From Bacteroidota bacterium (GTDB taxonomy: Bacteria; Bacteroidota; Bacteroidia; Flavobacteriales_D; Sanyastnellaceae), in the NCBI GenBank assembly GCA_039805165.1, contig JBDLUS010000191.1, positions 1,500 to 65,499 of the forward strand: 64,000 nt of DNA, in the 5' to 3' direction. Positions 30,301 through 36,691 of this stretch are shown here, one piece after another. Position 1 is the first letter of the stretch; the number at the start of each line of letters is the position of its first letter. A program made the position numbers and the translations under genes. A model generated the notes under the pieces. That model was not told where the DNA came from. It saw nothing but the letters and a program-made list of their open reading frames with translations, and made no database searches.

Positions 30301-31807
30301 TGATTTGACTAAAAAAGATAAGAAGGAGAAAGTAGATCCGTTAGATGTTGCACTTCGATTCTTTATGATGGTTCGAACTGTAAATGGAAGCTATACCAAG
30401 AACGAAGGATTGTTGCTTCCTGGTTACGCAAACACCACAAGTATCTTGGGATTCGATAACCAGTTCGACGGGCCGGGAATAGGATTTTTGGTGGGTCAAC
30501 AAAATACAGACCTTATGGGTAATCCAACTGGACGGAATTTTGCAACAGATGCCGCTAATAACAATTGGTTGGTTGAACAGCAGTCGTTAAATATTCAGTA
30601 TAACCAAACCTTCACTGAAACGTGGAATGCAAAAATGAATTTGGAGCCGTTCCGCTATTTCAAAGTTGAACTTTCTGCAACGCGTCAAGAAGGAAAGAAC
30701 TTCAACTCTTTCTTCCGCTACGATCCAACAGTTGACGATTACGTGTTCCAGTCACCAATGGAAACTGGAAATTTCTCGGCGTCATTAATTACTTGGAATA
30801 CAGCGTTCATCAAAGACGACAAAGAGAACAACTACGCCAGTCCAATCTTCGATCAGCTCTTAGCGAACAGACAGGAAATTTCAAGTCGATGGAACAATGA
30901 AACTTATCAGCTAGCTAATCCAAATGATTCTGGATACTACGAAGGGTTTGGATCACTTTCACAAAATGTAATCATCCCTTCATTTATTGCCGCGTACACT
31001 GGACGTTCAACAAGTGAGGTTGCCTTGAATCCATTTGCGACAAAGGCTCAACCAAACTGGAAAATCACTTACGATGGACTAACAAAACTGCCAGCAGTTA
31101 AAAAGTATTTCAAGCAATTTAACATTTCTCACAATTACCGCTCGACTGCAACGGCTTCATATGTAAGCAATTTGAAGTATGAAGAGTTCAATAACCTTCC
31201 AACTGCAATAGACCAAAGTCCGGAGCAAAACTTTATTTCGCAACATCAAATTGGTACGGTTACCTTAACGGAGTCTATGTCTCCTTTGGTTGGATTTGAC
31301 ATGACGTTGAAGACGAAAAAAGTTAACGACCCCTTGATTAAGGTAGAGTACAAACGCGATCGCACAATTGCGTTAGGAATGGCGAACTATCAAATTACTG
31401 AGACGAAGAGTAACAGCTTTGTAATCGGTTTAGGTTACAAGATCACAGAAGTTCCAAATCCATTTGGAAGAAAAAAAGGAAGTAAACTACCGGTAAAATT
31501 ACTTGACAAGTCTACTTTGAATTTACGCGTTGATTTCACCATTCGCGAGAACTTTACGTTGATTAGAAAAATAGAAGAACAACAAAACCAAGTTACTGCG
31601 GGACAGACATTGTTTAGTGTAAAGTCGAGTGCTGATATGGCAATTAGCGATAAATTGACGTTGCGTTTCTTCTACGATCATCAGATCAACAAACCTGCGA
31701 TTTCTACAAGTTTCCAAACTTCGAATATTACAACCGGTTTAGCCATTCGCTTTACATTGAACGGTTCGGGTGGATCGAATACCGCTCAACCGCAAGGCGG
31801 AAACTAA
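24383..31807 (+). CDS. sprA: T9SS translocon / cell-surface protein SprA
   Basis: 2474 aa with a GTG start 4 nt after ruvA and a signal peptide. The size, the giant beta-barrel-like composition and strings recalled from SprA (RFDIAADNYEANRHYFLSGYF, ITRIEVWV, RLGFISL, PNITCLDLSYYPEERG) all fit SprA. Confidence 0.9.
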   Translation: MKEVVLRLLSRAIFVMALCVSGWLAWANTSVETRVIAKSNHNFVFAPDTVTPVWPNDDTPAPSEGGNGIEIPLPDNIHYSVEYNPETGRYEVIQKVGDKIDFRRTSTMDMEDFLDFQLDKNVTKYWNKIKDDKSAANKEFAPVIKVGGDNFEHIFGSNEIEIRPQGSAELTFGLNSQRTENPRIPERQRKNTNFNFDQKIQMNVIGNIGTKMKLKVNYNTESTFEFENNMKVEYTGDEDQIMRKIELGTVALPLTGTLMPGSLGLFGAKVETQWGKLKNTTILTQQKGERKEITVQGGAQTTRFDIAADNYEANRHYFLSGYFRDNYDNALAALPVVNSGANITRIEVWVVNQQANTQDVRNIMAFTDLGENSQYIASDYNNSSLISPAQLPNPDNENNNLFNVVSNNQNILDFSNANAAIQALGYGMRQGIHYERVGNARKLTPSEYTYNSRLGFISLKQSLNNAEVLAVSYEYTLNGQTYQVGTLSQDGIAAPQALMLKMLKSSITLVKLTNGDPSPLWKNMMKNVYNLESFGISPENFRLEVWYNNPATGVNMNYIPREPLSGKLLLQVLNLDRIDAQQMPGSDGFFDFVPNASTAGGLIDASSGRVFFPMIEPFGSHLSDQIYAGLGNTPQAAQVVSQVVFQPLYDSTKTAAQIGFPQLNRFRIKGEYQSASGSEISLNALNIPQGAVTVTAGGMRLVEGTDFTVNYNLGKVTILNESIMSSGQPIKVSVESNSMFNLQYKTLLGSRFDYKFSDNLAMGATFMNLKERPLTQKVNAGDDPVNNGMIGFDMNFQKEVPIITKWIDRIPGIQTKEKSTVTFNLEAAKIFPGHSRAISKDGNAYVDDFEGSQSVIDLRSLNQWFMASTPKLQSSLFPEGDFEDSLVYGANRAQLSWYIIDPLFYRNSSYTPPNITVDMQSDHRMREVLESEVFPNRQLPSGTPPNITCLDLSYYPEERGMYNFELPNGYSGRSAGLNTDGTLKDPATRWGGIQRALTTTDFETSNVQFIQFWVMDPFNEDSENTQGGDLYFNLGNVSEDVMNDSHMSFENGFPSANNDLPIEQGTWGNYPSPTTFNVVNAFDYTSGNYEQQDIGLDGLNSAAEQSYFSNWLLQVQGFLTPDAYVKYQQDASADNFSYFRSSQADAANLNTLERYKNFNRYEGNSNTNTPDGYPIAATTIPNSEDINQDITLNTIESYFQYKVSLRPEDLGDGNLGRNYITDTFVTTKTTANNEERQIRWYQFKIPIKEFEKRVGSIPDFRSIRYIRMFLKGWEEPVTLRFARLELVRGEWRKYDYSLAGNQEQEINDDPETSFSIAAVNIEENGNREPVPYVVPPGIIREQDVSSANLRNLNEQSLSLSVCNLKDGDARATYRNVKYDLRQYKRLRMFAHAEAAGIQSELKDNDVSVFIRLGSDFDQNYYEYEVPMSVTPWNTNNDDEIWPADNNFDIQLSDLQNLKINRPSTTSVLSVVDTILDNNVHLSVKGNPNLANITTMMIGIRNPDKDTNPFGVTDDGKGKCAIVWVNELRLSEFDEKSGSAAIARLNAQLADFGNLAVSGNISTPGWGAIEQRVQQRQQETKMGVDASSTLQLGKFFPKDWGVQLPMYLGFSENVQTPRYSPLQPDIQMTDLPTLNKPLKQKSQTYTKRRSINFTNVKIAPKKDAAAAKGVGLPGADDKGKPGTQAAPTNTDKPKFYGIDNFSVSYAYNETYFRDINTDWRLQKQYQGAFDYSFTNKPKEFKPLANIPVIKTSKYLKWLKEFNFYAGIKQMSFRTEMNRSYETSRIRNNSLELTGVYSDMLIQTQAQKNWNWTRNYSMKYDLTKNLKTDFTASNIALVGEPRGVINKNDVDWYESYKDSVWSNIQNFGETTTYNHNVGVTYKLPLDKFPLLNFMSADARYGGTFRWDRAPFTQDTLGNTIQNSRQIQLNAQGNFETLYNNVPRLKQALTGKKPDAGKKPVAGKKDDPTKKDGFGDDLTKKDKKEKVDPLDVALRFFMMVRTVNGSYTKNEGLLLPGYANTTSILGFDNQFDGPGIGFLVGQQNTDLMGNPTGRNFATDAANNNWLVEQQSLNIQYNQTFTETWNAKMNLEPFRYFKVELSATRQEGKNFNSFFRYDPTVDDYVFQSPMETGNFSASLITWNTAFIKDDKENNYASPIFDQLLANRQEISSRWNNETYQLANPNDSGYYEGFGSLSQNVIIPSFIAAYTGRSTSEVALNPFATKAQPNWKITYDGLTKLPAVKKYFKQFNISHNYRSTATASYVSNLKYEEFNNLPTAIDQSPEQNFISQHQIGTVTLTESMSPLVGFDMTLKTKKVNDPLIKVEYKRDRTIALGMANYQITETKSNSFVIGLGYKITEVPNPFGRKKGSKLPVKLLDKSTLNLRVDFTIRENFTLIRKIEEQQNQVTAGQTLFSVKSSADMAISDKLTLRFFYDHQINKPAISTSFQTSNITTGLAIRFTLNGSGGSNTAQPQGGN

Positions 31808-31860
31808 TTTGGGTTTGAGCAAATAGGACAAAGTTTTGCCCATTTCCTAGCTCTCAACAT

Positions 31861-31868
31861 TAATTTTG
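31861..31868 (+). promoter_or_regulatory. candidate -7 promoter box (TAATTTTG) upstream of the VTC-domain gene
   Basis: Perfect TAnnTTTG, 26 nt upstream of the TTG start at 31895. Confidence 0.35.
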
Positions 31869-31894
31869 TGTTAAGTTCGTAGGATATTTACACT

Positions 31895-32647
31895 TTGAGC
31901 CCAATAGAGCAAATAATACAGCAATTCAACCCCATCTCTTTGAAGGAAATGGACGGAGTGGAGTTAATGAACAGGACAGACACAAAGTTTGTGGTTTCAC
32001 TGGATCAATTGCTTTCCATTTTGGAAGAAGTGAAAAACACCTACCGAATTCTTGAAGTTAATAACGTTCGTTTCAGTCATTACGAAACGCTTTATTACGA
32101 TACCGACGAGTTTCTGTTTTATACACGGCATCACAATGGCAAAAAGAACAGATGGAAAATCAGAAAACGCTCTTACGTCGATAGCCAATTGAATTTCCTT
32201 GAACTGAAGTTTAAAACCAATAGAGGAAGAACTCAAAAACAACGAACGGGCATTCCGGAAATTGGAATGAACTTGAATGGCGATGAAGAGAAATTCATTG
32301 GAAGAAAAGCAGGAATAGATTTTCATTTATCACCACAAGTGAAAAATAACTTCACACGCTTAACTCTTGTTGAACCAAGTCTGCCAGAGAGAATCACAAT
32401 AGACTTAGAGCTTTCTTTCGAGTGGAATAAAATTGCCAAAGACCTTAAGCAAATAGTTATTGTTGAAGTGAAGCAGGAGAATCGAAACAGACTTTCTCCG
32501 TTCGTTCAAGCGTTGAAGAAAAGACATGTTAGAGAAGAAAGCATTAGTAAATACTGCCTGGGAGTGGCTATGCTCGTTCCTTTCGTGAAGAAAAATAATT
32601 TTAAGGAGAAGTTAATAAAAGTCAATAAATTAGAATCAATAAAGTAA
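31895..32647 (+). CDS. VTC-domain (CYTH-like triphosphate tunnel, polyphosphate-polymerase-like) protein
   Basis: 250 aa. PISLKEMDGVELMNRTDTKFVV, YETLYYDTDEF, WKIRKRSY, FLELKFKTNRGRTQKQR and IVEVKQ form the alternating basic/acidic strand pattern of tunnel-fold VTC domains. An in-frame stop at 31880 leaves TTG 31895 as the first plausible start; ATG 31949 is the alternative. Confidence 0.65.
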   Translation: MSPIEQIIQQFNPISLKEMDGVELMNRTDTKFVVSLDQLLSILEEVKNTYRILEVNNVRFSHYETLYYDTDEFLFYTRHHNGKKNRWKIRKRSYVDSQLNFLELKFKTNRGRTQKQRTGIPEIGMNLNGDEEKFIGRKAGIDFHLSPQVKNNFTRLTLVEPSLPERITIDLELSFEWNKIAKDLKQIVIVEVKQENRNRLSPFVQALKKRHVREESISKYCLGVAMLVPFVKKNNFKEKLIKVNKLESIK

Positions 32648-32651
32648 GATT

Positions 32652-33344
32652 ATGTTAGATACGTTCAATGCACTGTTTTTGCAATCAGATTTCGACCCAA
32701 TGGGAGGAATGAAATTTATTCACCTTGAGGATTTTTTGGGATTGATTATTCGTCTTTCAGTACACATGCTTTTCGTGTTGCTTTTAGTTCGTGTGATCTA
32801 TTACCCCATTGCTAAGAGAAAGGACTTCTTATTTACATATCTTTTATTCAGTTTAACCATCTTCCTCATGTGTTTCATGTTGGAAAGCGTTAAACTTCAA
32901 ATGGGATTCGCCTTAGGTTTGTTCGCGGTATTCGGAATTATCCGCTACAGAACAGATGCTATTCCTATTAAAGAGATGACTTACCTATTCGTGGTAATTG
33001 GAATGTCTGTAATGAATGCCTTAATCAATAAAAAGATTTCTTTGGTTGAATTGTCATTCGCAAATCTTGTAATCATTGGAGCAACATACGGCCTAGAGCG
33101 CGTTTGGTTGTTGCGTCACGAAGCGCAGAAAATCATTGTTTATGAAAACATTGATTTAATTAAAGTTGGAAGAGAAGAAGAAATGAAGGCAGACATCGAA
33201 GCAAGAACCGGTATTAAAGTAAATCGTTTCGAAATTGGAAAGATCGATTTCCTTCGCGATACTGCTTTGATCAAGATTTACTTCTTCGAAGACGAACAAG
33301 GAAATCAAATGGATGATTCCTTCTCGGGCAACATTAACATCTAA
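32652..33344 (+). CDS. multi-pass membrane protein (DUF4956-like), partner of the VTC-domain protein
   Basis: 230 aa with 4-5 hydrophobic helices (LIIRLSVHMLFVLLLVRVIYY, FLFTYLLFSLTIFLMCFML, GFALGLFAVFGIIRYR, YLFVVIGMSVMNALI, LVIIGATYGL) and a soluble C-terminal part. It starts 4 nt after the VTC gene. The family name is from memory. Confidence 0.55.
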   Translation: MLDTFNALFLQSDFDPMGGMKFIHLEDFLGLIIRLSVHMLFVLLLVRVIYYPIAKRKDFLFTYLLFSLTIFLMCFMLESVKLQMGFALGLFAVFGIIRYRTDAIPIKEMTYLFVVIGMSVMNALINKKISLVELSFANLVIIGATYGLERVWLLRHEAQKIIVYENIDLIKVGREEEMKADIEARTGIKVNRFEIGKIDFLRDTALIKIYFFEDEQGNQMDDSFSGNINI

Positions 33345-33350
33345 GAATTT

Positions 33351-34403
33351 TTAGCTAAACATATTCCAGCGCAATACGTCGTCTTCAGCGATGTCTTGCG
33401 CTGTTTGCTTTCCTATCAATTGTGAAATATCTTTTGGTGAAATACCACTTGCAGGACGCTTCCATGTAAGATCTTCAAATGTTACGATATGGCCCGTAGG
33501 CATTGCTTTCGCTGCAACTAAACTTCTGCGTGCATTCGCGCGTGCAGGAGCCTCGTCGTCAATAGCCGTTAATTCAAATCCTCCAAGCAATTCCATAGTT
33601 CTATTCATTCGCGAATGGAAGTGCTTTAAATCTTCTTTATCCATTGCGTGGTAATGATCGTTACCGGGCAAGGTCTTATCATGTGTGAAGTGTTTTTCCA
33701 ATACCGCTGCACCCAATAAAGTCGCAACTTCAAGCGTATGCATGTCCTTCGGAAGGGTGTGGTCACTGTACCCTGGAACCGCCTGCGGGAAAGTCGAAAT
33801 TAAATCTTTAGTCATGCCCAAATGCGCATTCGGATCAGGTGTTGGATAATTCAATACACAGTGCATTAAGCAAAGTTTATTTCCGTATTTCTCAATCGTT
33901 TCAACGGCCTGCTGAACCTCCCATTTGTACGAAGCACCGGTGCTTAAGATGATCGGTTTACCAAATTGGCATTGGTGTTCAATAAACGGAAGATTGGTAA
34001 TGTCAGAGCTTGAAATCTTATAAACATTCATTAAATCGTTCAGGAAATTTGCACTCTCTACATCGAAAGCTGTGCTCATGAATTCAATTCCAACTTCTTC
34101 GCAATAGCGCGCCAATTGCTCGAATTCGGTCTTCCAAAATTTATCGTATTTCTTGAATAACTCAAACTGACTTCGTGTAGGTTCTTTCGTGATGTCCCAA
34201 TAATAAGGACTGTCCTTGCTTGCGATAGTTTCAGCTTTGTAAGTCTGAAACTTAATTGCATGGGCACCGCCTTCCGCAGCTTCATCAATAAGTCTTTTTG
34301 CAAGATCCATTGAACCTTCATGATTCACGCCGGCTTCAGCAATGATAAATGGACGAACGATTTTTTTCGAATCGTAGTTATAAAGGAAATCTGTTAAGCT
34401 CAT
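33351..34403 (-). CDS. N-acetylneuraminate synthase family protein (NeuB/PseI/LegI-like) with C-terminal SAF domain
   Basis: ORF 33351..34433. The start is probably at 34403 (MSLTDF). FIIAEAGVNHEGSMDLAKRLIDEAAEGGAHAIKFQTYK and GYSDHT are present. The C-terminal region RRSLVAAKAMPTGHIVTFEDLTWKRP is SAF-like. Confidence 0.8.
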   Translation of the reverse strand: MSLTDFLYNYDSKKIVRPFIIAEAGVNHEGSMDLAKRLIDEAAEGGAHAIKFQTYKAETIASKDSPYYWDITKEPTRSQFELFKKYDKFWKTEFEQLARYCEEVGIEFMSTAFDVESANFLNDLMNVYKISSSDITNLPFIEHQCQFGKPIILSTGASYKWEVQQAVETIEKYGNKLCLMHCVLNYPTPDPNAHLGMTKDLISTFPQAVPGYSDHTLPKDMHTLEVATLLGAAVLEKHFTHDKTLPGNDHYHAMDKEDLKHFHSRMNRTMELLGGFELTAIDDEAPARANARRSLVAAKAMPTGHIVTFEDLTWKRPASGISPKDISQLIGKQTAQDIAEDDVLRWNMFS

Positions 34404-34405
34404 GG

Positions 34406-35587
34406 TTATTTTAATTCTTGAATAGCATGCCATGCAAGCAAGCCCATTCCAATTTTTAAGGCGTTTTCATTTACTGCAAATTTGCTGTTATGCACAGGGG
34501 CGCTCAAGGTTCCATCCTCGTTCGAGGTGCCCAAGCGATAGAAGCAACCTGGCATGTGCTGAGAATAATAAGCGAAGTCTTCTGCGGTAGTTCGCATGTC
34601 TAAATCAATTACATTCTCTTCACCGAGATATTCTTTCGCTTGCGCGATAGCTCTTTCCGTTAATTCAGGATTGTTGTATACAACAGGATATCCTTTTTCA
34701 ATTCGGAAGTCAAGGGTTCCGCCCATTCCTTCAACCAAACCTTTCGATAATGCAATAATTTTTTCGTGAGCTATCGTTCTCCACGATTCCGAAAATGTCC
34801 TAAAGGTTCCTTCCAGTTTTACTTCATTCGGAATAATATTCGTTGCACCGTTTCCAATTATTTTCCCGAAGGAAAGTACAGTTGGCATTTGCGGGTTGCT
34901 CCATCTTGAAACAACCTGTTGCAATGCGATAAGTAAATGAGAAGCAATTAAAATAGGATCGATACATTGGTCCGGTTTCGCGCCGTGTCCGCCTTTTCCT
35001 TTTATCGTAACATACAGCTCATCGGTAGAAGCCATGTATGCTCCTGCGCGATAGCCAACCTTTCCGGCAGGCAATTCAGGAAAGACATGCTGTCCAAATA
35101 TCCCGTCAGGTGTTTTATCTTGAAACAATCCGTCTTTCAACATAAGTAAAGCACCTCCTGGAAGAACTTCTTCGGCAGGTTGAAAAACCAATGTGACAAC
35201 TCCGCCCCATTGAGATTTTGTTTCATTCAAAATTTTTGCAGCACCAAGAAGAGATGAAGTATGAACATCATGACCACACGCGTGCATAACACCATTCACA
35301 GTGCTTTTAAAAGGCAAGTCATTGTCTTCAATAATGGGAAGAGCATCCATGTCGCCCCGCAAAGCAATGCTTTTCGAAGAAGCGAGTTCTCCTATTATTT
35401 CTGCACGAATCCCATAACCACCAATATTTTCAGTGTAAGGAATTCCCCAAGCAGAAAGGTACTTGGTGACAAATGCCGAAGTGTTTTTTTCTTGGTATGA
35501 AAGTTCCGGATTTGCATGAATGTGTCTGCGAATCGAAACAATTTCTTCGAAATATTTTTCTGAAAGTTCTTGAATTAGCTCTTTCAT
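34406..35587 (-). CDS. M20D-family amidohydrolase (N-acyl-L-amino acid amidohydrolase-like)
   Basis: ORF 34406..35596. IRRHIHANPELSYQE, LRGDMDALP, HACGHDVH and FQPAEE are present. A start at 35587 gives an ATGA overlap with the upstream gene's stop. Confidence 0.88.
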   Translation of the reverse strand: MKELIQELSEKYFEEIVSIRRHIHANPELSYQEKNTSAFVTKYLSAWGIPYTENIGGYGIRAEIIGELASSKSIALRGDMDALPIIEDNDLPFKSTVNGVMHACGHDVHTSSLLGAAKILNETKSQWGGVVTLVFQPAEEVLPGGALLMLKDGLFQDKTPDGIFGQHVFPELPAGKVGYRAGAYMASTDELYVTIKGKGGHGAKPDQCIDPILIASHLLIALQQVVSRWSNPQMPTVLSFGKIIGNGATNIIPNEVKLEGTFRTFSESWRTIAHEKIIALSKGLVEGMGGTLDFRIEKGYPVVYNNPELTERAIAQAKEYLGEENVIDLDMRTTAEDFAYYSQHMPGCFYRLGTSNEDGTLSAPVHNSKFAVNENALKIGMGLLAWHAIQELK

Positions 35588-35967
35588 GGCGCGCAATCAC
35601 ATTTTGTTTTTTCACCCTCGCGACTTGCTTCAGCAACAGTCACAGTACTGTCGGTGCAGAGTATGATGAAATTCACGTTGTTGTGTGAAAGGAAATAACG
35701 CTTGGGGTTGTTCTGCGCATCTGATTTTGAGAAGTCGACTTCGCCGCCCCACTTCGCAGATTCGAAATTCTCCATAGAAATGCCCTGACAATCCATACGG
35801 CATTTACCATGATTGGTAACCAAAGTTTTTGAAGCTTGAATCTGTTTCATGATTTGTTTTCCAGGCAACCAACCCAACCAATCGTAGTTCGGGAACATCA
35901 TAAATACAAGCAAACAGCCAATGGTTAATCCTGTTGCAAAAAGTAAAAGTCTTCTTCGAAATTTCAT
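35584..35967 (-). CDS. small membrane-anchored Cys-containing protein, hypothetical (possibly DUF4258-like)
   Basis: ORF 35584..35994. The likely start is at 35967 (MKFRRRLLLFATGLTIGCLLVFMMF). The HGKCRMDCQGIS string loosely recalls the H..RM..R.I motif of DUF4258. This assignment is weak. Confidence 0.35.
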   Translation of the reverse strand: MKFRRRLLLFATGLTIGCLLVFMMFPNYDWLGWLPGKQIMKQIQASKTLVTNHGKCRMDCQGISMENFESAKWGGEVDFSKSDAQNNPKRYFLSHNNVNFIILCTDSTVTVAEASREGEKTKCDCAP

Positions 35968-36009
35968 GGTCTTCAGATTCCCACAAAAGTGCATAAAAAT
36001 TCCGAGTTA

Positions 36010-36026
36010 GCCATTAACTTAGTGGC
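36010..36026. promoter_or_regulatory. 17-bp near-palindrome GCCATTAACTTAGTGGC, candidate operator
   Basis: GCCA-TAA / TTA-TGGC arms with one mismatched pair. It ends 5 nt before the ATG of the ABC ATPase gene, in a 64-nt divergent intergenic region. Confidence 0.3.
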
Positions 36027-36031
36027 CAATT

Positions 36032-36679
36032 ATGGCAATCATTCAAACAAGTGATCTTCAATACACCTTTGAGAAAGGTCCTGATTTATTCTTCCCGTCA
36101 TTTCAAGCTGAAGAAAACAGCGAGTTGTTGATCTTAGGAAACAGTGGAACAGGCAAGACTACCTTGCTACACATGTTAGCTGGATTAAGGAAGCCGATAG
36201 CAGGAGAAGTGGTTGTAAATGGAGTGAAATTGAATTCGCTTAGCGGTGCTTCATTGGATCGTTTCAGAGGAAAAAACATTGGAGTTGTTTTTCAAACGTC
36301 ACATTTCGTTCAGTCGCTTTCGGTAATGGATAATATTCTTTTAGCGCCTTATTTTTCGAACAACAAGGTTTCGAAGACTGATGCTGAGAAAATGTTAGAC
36401 CGCTTAAATATTCTTTCAAAGAAAAATAAGAAAACGTCTACGTTAAGCGTTGGAGAACAACAACGTGTTGCCATTGCACGTGCGCTTTTAAACAACCCTT
36501 CGCTCATCTTAGCCGATGAGCCTACTAGTGCGCTCGACGACGAAAATGCGAAAGAGGTATTGAACCTTTTGCGCGAACAAACCCATGCACTTAAAGCCGC
36601 ATTGTTAATCGTTACTCATGATAATCGCTTGAAAGATGAAGTGAAGCAACGCATTGAATTAACTACCTCTAACCGATAA
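36032..36679 (+). CDS. ABC transporter ATP-binding protein (MacB/LolD/FtsE type)
   Basis: 215 aa. Walker A is GNSGTGKTTL, the signature is LSVGEQQRVAIARAL, Walker B is LILADEPTSALD and the H-loop is VTHD. Confidence 0.9.
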   Translation: MAIIQTSDLQYTFEKGPDLFFPSFQAEENSELLILGNSGTGKTTLLHMLAGLRKPIAGEVVVNGVKLNSLSGASLDRFRGKNIGVVFQTSHFVQSLSVMDNILLAPYFSNNKVSKTDAEKMLDRLNILSKKNKKTSTLSVGEQQRVAIARALLNNPSLILADEPTSALDDENAKEVLNLLREQTHALKAALLIVTHDNRLKDEVKQRIELTTSNR

Positions 36680-36691
36680 CCAGAATTCAAC

